Positions 13,404 to 24,872 of a stretch of DNA of 64,000 nucleotides are shown here, piece after piece. Position 1 is the first letter of the stretch; the number at the start of each line of letters is the position of its first letter. The notes under the pieces are model-generated. The model was given only the letters and a program-made list of their open reading frames with translations, did not search any database and was not told where the DNA came from. Where the stretch lies: NCBI GenBank assembly GCA_001244265.2, contig LN717261.1, positions 310,001 through 374,000 on the forward strand, in the 5' to 3' direction. The stretch comes from Microbotryum violaceum (lineage: Eukaryota). A program made the position numbers and the translations under genes.

Positions 13404-13959
13404 TAAGCTCGAAACCCTCCACTCTGTGGAGGGGCTTGTACCTCATCGGCGCGTTTGGCTGAGTTGCCTATCGAAATTTGGCCCAGAAAAGTACCACCTT
13501 GCTGTAGCATGGCAAATAAAAACAACCTATACAATCGTTGCAAAAGGGTTACTCTTATTCTATTTTTTCGAGCATATACCCCAAGGGAAGACTCTTGGGA
13601 ATCCTATTCATTGAGCTACAGCGGTGAGAAGTCGTTATTTTCGGCTTGGAGCTGGCTCGCGCACGGACCCAGAGGGACGGTTCTTCGCGCCGACGTGAAT
13701 CAGCCAGCCGAGCCTCACCGGTCTCACCTTCGGTCCACAACGCCAGTCCACGACGTCGCTACCGCCCTCATGATTCACCATGCCCGTACAGACGCCAGCG
13801 CTTGTCAAGGGCACACCTCGTCGGTCTCCATCGATTGAGTTCAGAGAGTCGGCCTTACGATCAGCTTCGAGGGCAAAGCCAATGACATCGAGGGACCATC
13901 AATCAACCAAACAACCCCGAACTGCCTAACCCTCGCTCTCGGGCTGCTCTCGGGCTGCT

Positions 13960-16226
13960 CACTGGAGATCACAATTAACTCAAGAAGATCACGTTGACCC
14001 GATTGAGTTACGCAAGAAGCTCGGACTCCTCTTGGTCGACAAATCTGGCGAGGACTTGAGAAGAAGGAGTAAGTGTGGCAGATGCGTTCGGTAGTGGGAA
14101 ACGCCTTCAGCGGCCTGGAGGAAGGGAAACATGCGCTCCCAACAATGTATGAGTCGACCAATGTCTCCTTACAAAGTGGCGTAATATGCTTCCTCGGAAT
14201 CGACCAAGTTGCGCAGCCGAAAGAGCGATTCATAGAACACGGGAGCCTTTTCCATGTTCACCTTTGCTCGCTGCACAGGGTCAGAGTGCAAGTATCGATC
14301 GAAGACCTTCATGATCGCGACATCGAGTCCAGTGAGGTGGGTTTGTCTGAGCTCGTCAATTTATGTGAGGCCAAGTTCTTGTCTGCATGCATAACAGAAC
14401 GAGCCGTTAGCAGCGCATAACATCAATTTGCCCTTGGCTTTATGTGCATAGTTTGGGACCATATCACTCACAGAAGACAGCTCAACAGCCCCAGTTGAGC
14501 GGTGTCTCGAAGCAGCCTTTCCATCGGGTTGTAGTCCTTGATTTTTTGGGGCTCCGGTCCTTTGCGGCCAAGTAGATTAGCGGTGATGAAAAGCGACCTC
14601 GATATTTCGATCCTTCCAACGGATCCTCAAAGTATCGTCGGTAGATTGCTGCCCCAATGCACCACTGCAAATGAGCCACGCCTGGAACTCTGTAATTGTA
14701 GTCCCTAGTCCATCCTACAGTCGTCGAAACGGAAAGCGGTTCCTACGAAGTGACTCGACAAGCATTGAGGTCCCGCCATCACATCCGAGTATCCATAGAG
14801 AGTCCGCTTCTTCTTTCTCCGAGAGTCCGAGTTGCGTCCGCAGACGGTTGATGACTTTTGCTACATCTGCGGTGGATGTATCGGATTCGTCCATCATCTG
14901 AAGCAAAGTAATGTCGGGTTTTCGGACATCCAGTTGTTCGATTGGCTCTGGTCTGCACCGAGAATCGTGAAGCGTGAGGCCGAGATGAGGAACCAGTCGA
15001 GCAAGCGCTCGATACATCTGGGCGGAAAACCCTGTGGCGAAGGCCTCCTCAGACGCTTCAGCGGGCAAGGGAAGGTTTACATCGACCGGAGGTAACAATG
15101 CTTGATGCGCAATGTATGCTTGAAGGTCGTACGCGTTGGCCACGTCTCCATTCTGAACGTGCGCGTATCCCAAAGTTACATGAAGCGGCTCGGAACGTCG
15201 ATCAAGGTGTTCATCATTGACGTGATGTGCAACGTCGATGTTGTCAAGAGTGACATGGAAGTAGCGGGTTGACCTGATCTCCTTCAGCAACGCCAGATTG
15301 GCCATTGTCAGGCTCAAAGCTGCTCGTCGAGTTGTACGGCGAGAGGTCGTGAAGCCACAGTCGTACAGAAACGTCGTCAACCGATCGTTCGCTCCACAAG
15401 CGAGAGCCATGAGACCGTTGCGATGCTGCATAGCATTCTTTCTTCGGTTACACGCGAAGGCGATCTGACCCATTATCGCGCGACAAAGCTGCGGCAAGTC
15501 AAAAAACGCCATCATCAATTTGACTTTGACCAAGGGGCTGAGCTCAGGCAATAATTACGCACAAATGATACATGTTGCTCCTTGGTAATGAGAAACACCC
15601 CCGTTCTGCATCCGACCCAGAGCTATCCTCTTGAGCGTCCTCCATGTCAACGTCCGTAGAATCCGAGCTGAGTTTGTCGCAGTTTGATTCTTCGACTGGT
15701 GGTGGGTCTCCGCAGTGAGACAAGAGGTTACGGATGTGTCCACTGATGAAAGAGTTGCTTTCGACTGTTGCGTCGAGGCGTGCGTCAATCTGATCAGATG
15801 CCAAGACTTCAGGAGCCATGTCGTGGCTGGAGACGAAGGCGGATTTGGTTCGTTTCATCTCTTTCACAATGATTGAGTCAGATTGTACAGGTAGGATGCA
15901 AGTGTTTAAGAGGCTCTGCCGCGGTCTTGTATACTGATCTGATATGTTGGAGTGTTACCCACCTGGTTGGCGATCCAATCATTGGTTCGGCCTCGTACGT
16001 CTGGGCCATGTTCGCAGGCGAGTTGGAGTTGTATAATGAGATCAAGTACATGCTTGAGCCGGGTCCAATTACTGTTGAAGAGCTTTGGCCTATGATTGTG
16101 CACCCTCGTGTTGCGTTGATGGGCTGAAATACCACGAGAGGTATTGACATAGCGAGAGCTTGTGAAGCCGAAACCGAGCGAATAGATCCGCCTGACGGCG
16201 GCGATCCTGGCGAGTCGTCGAGTCAT
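13960..16226 (-). pseudogene. DUF6589-like transposase, disrupted
   Basis: Motifs NRRKNAMQHRNGL, VTLDNID, GCDGGT, VPGVAHLQW, GDIGRLIHCW..GVSHY; several in-frame stops and frameshifts. Confidence 0.65.
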
Positions 16227-16319
16227 AGCGTCTGCGGTTCCGCGTCATTCGGAGATAAGCGCGGTGTTGCATCGAGAACAAGCGAAGAGCATAGTACCGG
16301 GAAGACGAGTGATGCGGAA

Positions 16320-16381
16320 TGCGACGGGAGAGAAACCGATGCGCACACGCTGCGACGGGAAAGAAACCGATGCGCACACGC
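16320..16381. repeat. 31-bp tandem repeat (2 copies), subterminal in the AcademH-like element
   Basis: TGCGACGGGA(G/A)AGAAACCGATGCGCACACGC x2. Confidence 0.85.
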
Positions 16382-16472
16382 CGAAGTGCGCAAGCCGGCG
16401 GCTGCAGCAGCCGTGCTGCCGCTCGGACCACTCGGGACCATATTGACCAGAGGGAGGGCTTAGTTGAGCTTA

Positions 16473-16526
16473 GGGTTGGTCGCCCAATACCCGGATAGCC
16501 AGGACTCCCAATCCCGGGGCGGTCAA
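16473..16526 (+). repeat. Inner half of left inverted repeat of the KDZ element
   Basis: GGGTTGGTCGCCCAATACCCGGATAGCCAGGACTCCCAATCCCGGGGCGGTCAA matches the reverse complement of 50630-50683 with ~3 mismatches. Confidence 0.9.
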
Positions 16527-17404
16527 CAGCGGCAGATGCATTATACGGACCGACATGACTTCGTTGATCAAGCTATACCCAGTACTCAAAAGCTATGATG
16601 TTTCCCAATTTTAAAATAATGTGGAACACTGGTGATTCGGGACATCTCAACCGCGCAAACTTTTTGGCAGACAGTGGCCGTGGCTTGTGCTACAGGGCTT
16701 ACATAGCTTAGCGCACGTCACGTGTCGGCCGCGCGCCAGCGCAGTCCAGCGCGCGCCCTTTTCGGACGTCCAAGATGCCCCAGTGTTCGCCTCTGCCTCT
16801 TTTCCCCTCGTTGTGCGCGCACTTTTCGACCAGCGTTGTACAAAAGCTGCCCAAAACATATCAGTGAGTTCCAGAGGTGTATGCTCTCTGCCGCGCCGCG
16901 TACGTTTTCCCCGCGACTTTGGCGTTGACCGTCGCTTGCTAATAGCTCAGCTCACCTCCCAGCTGAACTGGCTTGCATGATGTCAGACTAACGTCTGACC
17001 ACCCAAAGCCATCGTACTTATCCCTAGGCTCCTTCTATTTCACCTCTGTTGTGATATTACCTTTCTAGGTGCCTAATCTCCGTTCGATACTGGTCCAAAA
17101 TACACGTACGTCGCGTCGTTCTTGCCCAGCTCAGCCCACGTGACTAGTAGTATACGACAATCGATCGACCCTGGCTTCGATTGCTCCTGCTGGAAGTATC
17201 GACTGACTACTCTCGGACCTGATCTCTTCCTAGCTTCTGAGAGTTCTATCTTCCATGGAAGGCACGATGGATTTCTTGTTCAGTCCCGTCTCAACCGCCA
17301 ACGCGATGCCTGGTCTTTCCATGTCCAATCAGTCTGCGCGTGGCCAGTATCCCAATCCCAGCTCCTGTTCAACATTCGATCAACGGTCTTCAGGCGGCCA
17401 CGAC

Positions 17405-17652
17405 ACATGTAAGGATATATCCTTACACATGAGTTAAGGTCAATACACAACCAAATCTGTTCATCTTGATATTGTAACATCAACATATAACTATTTCTGA
17501 ATGGTGTCTGCAAGGACTACATGATAGCATGTGTATTGCAAGACTTGTAGTGATTCAAAATTTCTGTGTCCTTACCGCACCCTCGTATCCTTACATGTGT
17601 CGACATGTGTAAGGATACGCCCGCGCGCGCATGTGACATGTGTAAGGATACG
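17405..17652 (+). repeat. Left MULE TIR, rich in palindromes and (T)AAGGATA motifs
   Basis: Contains the perfect palindrome TGTAAGGATATATCCTTACA and the near-palindrome TATCCTTACATGTGTCGACATGTGTAAGGATA. Confidence 0.9.
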
Positions 17653-17796
17653 CCTGCGTGCGCACGTGACATGCATAAGAATACGCTCACGCGCAAAGAG
17701 CACTGGCTGCTGCTGGTGAATAATTGACTCTTTCCGCACACCAGTGGTTGTCAAAGTATCGCCATGCCCATTTTGCACTAAGTTTAGTTATACATA

Positions 17797-19698
17797 CTAT
17801 TGCTGACCGCTATCATAGCCCCTACTGTGCACTACATTAGTGATTGACAAGGCCAAAACTTCACTGGACCACTGGGGCACAACTTTGTGAGTCAAACTTG
17901 CCATCAACATGAATGTTCCCCACTGTGATTTTCTCCAGAAGCACTGCACCGCTGGAAAACATTGTAAGAGGAGAGCATCGTCAGCTCTACTGATCTGCTT
18001 TTTGGCGTTCCTGACACTCACTATCTCGCTTTCATGAAAAAAAGCCGACGCATCTTCCATCTTCCAGACACCTTGTCCTTCTTCAAGAGTCCCTTTGGGT
18101 GGTAGACTTGACACTTTAATGCCGATATCGGTAGGATCGGAGGGCTCATGGTATAGACTCCACATTTCGTGCCACTGCCGCGTTAGCATTAGGTTGAAGG
18201 CTTGCAAGAAGTTCAATGACTCCTCTTCTAGCTCGTAGAAAAGAACGGAAACTAATCCGCCAGCGTTCCTGTCCCCTATCGGCCTAGCGAGAGAGCCTTT
18301 GATTGCGTCGAAATGATAGCCTGCGGCCTCTTGCCCGTATCCAACCGTCGCGTTCGTAACGAAATGTGAATTGTTGATGTTGTACACTCCTGACCGAAGG
18401 CGCCAGACCATCTCTGGCATTTGGTCCGAAACACCGAAGCGTAGCTGAGCTGGGGCCAGTGGATGTTCCGGGTAAATATTGTTGATGTTGATCACGATCA
18501 CACGGGGGAGCGAGGTGATTGAAACGAATTGCACGTAAGAGCCTCCGGGGCAATTGCGCTTGTGATGCCGACGGCCTGAGTTCTTTGCCTCTGTGTACAA
18601 TTTCAACGGTTGCCCAACGATTGAGGCGAGGACGTCCGACAACGTTTCCAGCGAATGCGAAGGCAGGTGGAGACTTGAGATGAGAAGGGGCCAGTCAACC
18701 ACAAAATGTCGTCTTGGGGACACCTCAATCTGAATGCAGTTGCAGGCAGTGCAATACCCGGCCCGTTGAAGATGTAATTCGACGAGAGTTCGGTCGGGAT
18801 CATTCAACGTGACAGCGCTTGGCAGAACCGGATGATCGACGGTGAACGAGTGAAGTGTCTCGAGCCAGGTCTGCCGAAAAAAGTGATGATTAGCGTCCAG
18901 TTTTAATCGTCTTGGGAGGGCGGGGTTCGCTAAGTGATTGACTGACTACTGGGCTACTATAACTCCCCGCTTAAATGGAGTTGTAAAATGGCTTCCGCGC
19001 TCTTTCGACATCCCAACCACAGTGGAAATCATCCGTTCTCGTAATTGTGTGTATGCTTCAATGGCGTTCGCCGCCGGTTTCATATCAAACTTTCGAGCCA
19101 ATGCTGTGTATTCGCGAATCGCATCCCATGGCTCGAGTGCCAAATATCGAGGGCGGAGCCTCAACACCATCTCATCGCCAAGTGGAGGAATCACGTAGGC
19201 CCTATGGGTGTTAAGGATATCCAGACACTGCAGCCATGGTTCCAATCCGTTGGCGACCGAGAGCAATGCGATAAGCGTTGAGTCAATCCAGCAAGAATTA
19301 TCGCTCCACGGGCCTTGGATAATGACGACTGGCCCGTCTTCACCTGATCGAAGCCAGAAGTCTGCGTGGAGCTGCACAATCGTGCTACCGAGCGATGTCG
19401 ATGTCGGTGTCTTGGGCGGTGCGAATTTTACCCTTGGTGCAGATCTAGAGTCCTCTGGGAGCTTGTCACTGGTGCGCTCGAGTGACGTCGACGCCCATGC
19501 AGGTTTTGACGTGGCGATTTCTACCTTTCTTGCAGATTTCGATGGCGCCAACCCCGACTTGGATGCAACCATGGACAGGGGAATGTCGAATACGGACGTA
19601 CATGTCCTCTTTGCATCCGATTGTGATTCAGGTTCCGACAAGAGGAAGGCCAATCGTTTTCGAGGTATCCGGTGTTTTCGACCACTGGGGGCTTCCAA
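17797..19698 (-). CDS. USP/C19-like cysteine peptidase domain (probably the 3' part of the MULE gene)
   Basis: Cys-box-like WSDNSCWIDSTLIALL (Cys 19291-19293), CTAC..NCPG zinc-like pairs, SLPRVIVIN, His-box-like GVYNINNSHFVT..YHFDAIKG; probable intron ~18950-18870. Confidence 0.55.
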
Positions 19699-20166
19699 AT
19701 TTCGTGCATTGTGCTGCGCAAGAACTTTGAGACGGAGGATAAATCAGAGCAGGATTTCCGTCAGCTAGGCCTCAGCGCCTCTGCACTCAGTCAACAGTCT
19801 GGGGCGGAGGCGTACGTATTTGGGACAACTCCATTTCTTCATTGAGCGCCCTCACAGCCATAGGGACAACGGGGACTTGTCGCGATGGGCCGCTGAAATC
19901 TGAGCGGGGAGGACTACCTTTCGATTTGGAATTGGACGTTTGATGGAGCTTGATGGAGCGATCCGTCGGGGAATGGCCTCGGATGAATTGCAATGAATTG
20001 AGGGCGTCAATCCAACGTCCTCTGATGATTCGCTCGAACTATGCTTGTCAGATGGCGGGTCAGGAACCTTGCGCTTGTGGGGGTAATCAACACGTGTTGA
20101 GCCCTTTTTGGAGGCCATTGACTGCGCAGTGGGCCCATTGCCCTGCCTTGACCGGTTCTTTGGTTG

Positions 20167-22867
20167 CTACCGGGAACGATTTGACGTGGAAAAAGGTAAT
20201 CTGGTTGATTCGCTCAGTGGTGGTGTTGCAGGACCCTTTGACAGGCCTGAAGGTCCTTGTGGTGACTCAGAAAACCCGATGCCAGCTAGACGAGCAGGTG
20301 CAGCGAACGAGATCGAAGGCTCAGGCATGTTGGCGTCACTGACGTAGGATGAAGGTACCCGATTGCGTGACTTGATCTCTTTTATATGAGCGCGGACGTT
20401 GCCTTGCTCGTGATAAGTGGAACTCCTGACATAGCCGTCTGTTTTCAAAGCAAAGGCGAGAATGGTTTTAGATGAGGATAATGGGTTGGTGGTAACGCTA
20501 TGCCAGGGCCTTACCGGTCGCATGACTTTCAATTCGGTCTATCATTTTCGCGAAGTCGATAAGTCGCATCACCCCTTCCACCGGTCCAAAGCGTTCACCA
20601 CCACATGAATGGATTAGGCGCCAGTGGGAAGATTCCACCGCATTTGTTGTGGTAGCCACGCATCTTTCTGCGGATCCATTGAGTTCCTTGAATACCACAT
20701 TTCGAATCGCCGGTCATGTCCACCATTTGATCCAATTCTCTGACACAGGAAACTCATCGATTGTCCGCTTTGCCATGGACTCAATCGATGCATGGGACTT
20801 CGCGTTGCGCATGGTGTTGACCAGCATTGCAAATCGTTCGCGCTCCGCTTGCGTACTGAGATGTCGGACCCTGAACCTCCTGACCTGCTCAATGAAGTGA
20901 GAGGCGCACCCGCTTGCCGCCTTCTCGCCAATCTGAATAGCCTCTGCAGTCCACTGTGACACCTGATTGGGTGTGACGTTCAAGCGTCCCACATCTGCGG
21001 CCTTGCGTGCCACGTACCAATCCGAAATGGCTTGGCGAAGACCCGAAATCTGCGCGCTTGAATAATCGACAACAAATGTGACTCCGTTGATGATGTCCTC
21101 CACGCTATAATTGGCATCGTCAAGAATCTGGAATAGGTGCGCAAAATGTCGGCGGTAGAAGCCCGATCGCTCGTGGTTGCCGACGGAGTACAGGATCGGA
21201 AACCCGCGACGAGCGCTTGGCGAATAGCAGACCGTGGCGAGCAACACCCAATTCTCGCGAAAGTAGGTGTTGTGAGCGTCGGTAGGCCATCCCAAATTGC
21301 CTTCGACTAGCCGGTCGTCGATCGTTCCGAGAGCCTCGCTTTCATCTGAGGAGCCTGGATGCCAAATGACGTCTCAGAGTCGGTTAGCGAATTGGAGGTG
21401 ATCTTCGACTTCGACCGCGACCCATCGTTCCTGGGTTGCTTCCGAGGGTCGGGATCGTGTATTTGCTCGGCAAGTGGCTGCCCTTGGCGCTGTCCCGGTA
21501 TTTCGATGTACGCGAGGCAACCGGCATTGGCAACAGCTTCAATAGCTGACATCAACGTGTCGGGTAGGGCTCCATTACGCTTACTGTGGCCCACTCTTGG
21601 TGCGTATCTCGAGATTGATCGAGTGCTGTCGAATACAGGGCAAATTTCAGAGGCGGACGGCCGATGACGAGGGTCCTGCGGAAACGCGGTCATTTGTCCC
21701 ATGCGCAGCTCGGCGGCCGATGCTTGTGGAGCGGCTTTACGCAATTGTCGCAGCTCTTCCAGATGTTGCGGGGACGGACGCGACAGCGGAGGCGGAGGAT
21801 GCAAATGGTACCCTGAATGCCAGATATATATTTCCCCCGGGCATTCCTCACGCTGCCCTCGGGCAATCGTAGCGGAGCACAGGATGTGCCTCATCGGTCC
21901 GTTACAGCTTGTGATTGGACACGGCGGTAACTCGTCTGAAGGCCTCTCAACGTTTGGAGCGAGGTGCTTGCGGGTTGCAGCCTTCTTGGGGCGTCCTGTG
22001 ACGAGCTGTGGAGTCTCCTCCTGAAACAACTTCGACTTACTCGCTGTCGACAGCGATGTGTGAGGTCGACGCTTGCCAGGGCATGATTGATCACAACAGA
22101 CGAACACGCCCATGCAACGTCTTTTGCTGTACTTGCTGTACTCGACGCTTGCATCCAAACGCGGGCCTTTCCATCGTCCTTTTGAATCGGTTCGAGATGA
22201 TGACACCGAGAAAGCCCACATGTGTGACAAGCCACCGCTCGAGCTTGGATCCATACGAACAATGAGGACGTCGCCCCAAGTCCCGTTGGGCCGCCAAGGA
22301 TCAAGAACAATCTCTTGTGGGTATGCTTCGAGCATCAGGTCTGTCATCGTTGTCCTTCCTTCACTATATGTTGGTAAATTCGCATGATCTTCACTGTTGA
22401 CGAGCTTGTCATCCGTTGAATCTGGTTCGGTGTTCGGACGTAGATTGCCGGAGATCCTGTCGCTTGGAGATGCTTCACGCTTTTCCCTGACAAGCAAGTC
22501 GTGCTTGGAAGCAGAAGGTGCGCCACTTGAGACAGGGGCATCTACCCGGCGTTGAGGTCTTGTAGTGATGTTTACGAATGGGAGTCGAGCCTTGATGTGC
22601 TCGTAGACCTGTGACAGTTGCAATCAAGAGTCAGCTCAGCGACTAAAGCTCAACGACGTAGAATCCGTCAACTCATGAAGCTATACGCACTCTCAAGGTA
22701 ATGGTTGCTTCTGCTGGCAACGAGTCGATGTCGAGTACGAAGCCGGTCAACCCGAGAACCTTGTCCGAAGAATCGATTGCAGCAGTAAATGCTGTGAGTT
22801 GGTCGTACCGGCAGGAGGCAAGACATGGAGTCAAGTGAGTAGATGATGTAGCCGCATCGTCAATCAC
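20167..22867 (-). pseudogene. MULE DDE transposase with GCM-like zinc DNA-binding domain, disrupted
   Basis: GCM-like KRRCMGVFVCCDQSC..RP..CPITSC..HILC..HSGYHLHPPP; catalytic core TDAHNTYF, VVDYSSAQ, GCASHF, TTNAVESSHW. Stops at 21307 and 20714; further 5' exons are likely up to ~24500. Confidence 0.8.
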
Positions 22868-24872
22868 CCAGTAGTCGAAGCAGGAGTCCTCTGTACAAAG
22901 GCACAGATAAGTCGCCGAATTAAATGGTTAGTAACTGGCTGAGTGGCCTGTCAACATTGCTTGGGAACCGATCTAATCTTGTCTTGCATACCTTGGAGAG
23001 CCAGGCCAGTTAGCTCAGCAACCTCTTCCAACATATCTCATAGATAGACAAAACAATGTCCTGTCTCCGTGAAGTTGATGGACACCAACAGCGTAAATAT
23101 CATCGGCACGTTAGTCGCCAAGAGAGGTTTTAAGGAAACCTCAGAGTTGACCATCATCACTAAGAAAAGCAAGCGGACAATATCAATTTTCAGTGAAGCC
23201 GTTTGTTAAGCAGGCTGGGAGAGCACATCTTGATGTAAAAGTGCACCACCTATAGAGGTGGCAGCGGTAGGATGATACGCAGCGCAGTGTCGGAACCGAT
23301 AGTTGAGGAACAAGTGAATGAAGAAAAGATAAACCAGGGAGTCTGCTTTGCGAAGGCATAGGCCCACGCGCAAGACTATAATCCACTTAGACACTAAGTC
23401 TAATCCACTGCCTTAAAACCAATCGAGCCTCCGGGCGCGCGCCTCGCCTCGTTACCGATGGCCTACCATCTAGACAACACATGTGGCGTACCTTCAAGCT
23501 TAAGAGTCGTATGTTGATGCTTGGGAGGAATGGAGCTGTCCTTTGGAATAGCCTTGGGTTGTGAAACGCTTAGACAGGAGAGGTTCGGAGCTAATGCTGG
23601 TGAAAGCGAGCCGACTTGGAGGGTAGAAGCGGAATTCACACTCTCAACACTGCTTTGACTGCGCAGCGACGGCCAACCGGGATCGCTGTTCTGGGAGCAC
23701 AGGAGAGGCATTGTTGACTTCTCTTGCTTGATGGTGTGGTGGAAGGGAGTGTTGTGGGCGAGCCGAGTGGAACAAGGTGAGTCATTGTCATGGTCGTCCT
23801 TGTGATCGTTGTGCTTATCGTCCACATAATTGTCACAGTTCTCCTCGCAGTCCTCTGCGGACTTGATGTGATTAGGCAAGTCGCTTGTACGATCGGTGAT
23901 AGGAAATCTCCTGTTGGAGTCGGGGATTTCGATAGCCGCGGTGCGAACACCGTGCAGGTCAATGCTTCAGCATGAAGGTCGCCAGAATTGTCCTGAGGAT
24001 GCGCTGAGTTTGCCGACTCGGGGGCCGACTGGCCGTTTCCTTTCCTGATTCGACGATTGGTTCCTACCGTTTGTTGTGGGAAATTAGTGGGGTCTGCGGT
24101 CCAGAGGGACTTATGGTCTTAGCAGTGGCGCGGGCGCGCGGGTGTTGTGCGGGGGCCGGTAGAGGCGGCAGAGGCGGCTGGTTGTTTACATGAGATTGCG
24201 TCTTTTTGGCCTAGCTGTATTTTCTCTCTTCTCCACCACGCACTCGATATCACATCTCGCCTAGTCGCTCTGTTACAGTTGATTGACCTTTGGCGACCCA
24301 TTATCTCACAATAGGTCATCCATCGACGCCACGTAACTAGAGACGCTCCTACAACAACACCGTTGATTGGCGTTTGATGCTTGGGACTTTGAATCTCGAC
24401 TTGGGAGTCCACCATTGGGGCCGGTCTCCAGCTCCAGAACGAGTCCGAGCCCAGGGCCCGGCGTCACGGTCGGGAAGTTGGCGGTTCCGCAATCTCATTG
24501 ATGAAAGATTTGAGTCCGTGCCTCCTGGCACAAAGCTGGAGGTCGCAATTGGCTGGTTCGCAAAAGTCAAACAGTGCCACGGTGTTGACGTCGATGGGCG
24601 GTGTGGGGACAATTAGGTGAACAAACGTGAACAAAGGCTTCGAGCTGAGTGCGCCTCCTGTCGTTCCACATGCCACGTGCGCGCGCGGGCGTATCCTTTT
24701 ATTTTTATTTTTATTTGATAGACTTCATTAACAGCATACTTATATTAATACCTAGAAATCTTCGGAAAAGTCGGAGGGAATGCTGTTACGCACACTGGCA
24801 GAAGCCAGTAGTGTAGGACTCATTGACCCTGAACCAGGATCAACCATACCCACTAAAACCCCCTTTGGTGTC

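Larger units (their letters stand above)
13404..16472 (-). mobile_element. DUF6589-type (AcademH-like) DNA transposon inserted in the left KDZ inverted repeat
   Basis: Ends TAAGCTC...GAGCTTA with an internal CCCTCC(A)CTCTG inverted match. Flanks GGGTCGGTC (13395-13403) / GGGTTGGTC (16473-16481) give a 9-bp TSD, or 7-bp if the ends are CTAAG. The empty site is visible in the right KDZ repeat. Confidence 0.75.

Noticed and set aside
17405-17700. CRISPR-like repeat array
   Set aside because: Eukaryotic context; the units are MULE subterminal repeats without unique spacers.
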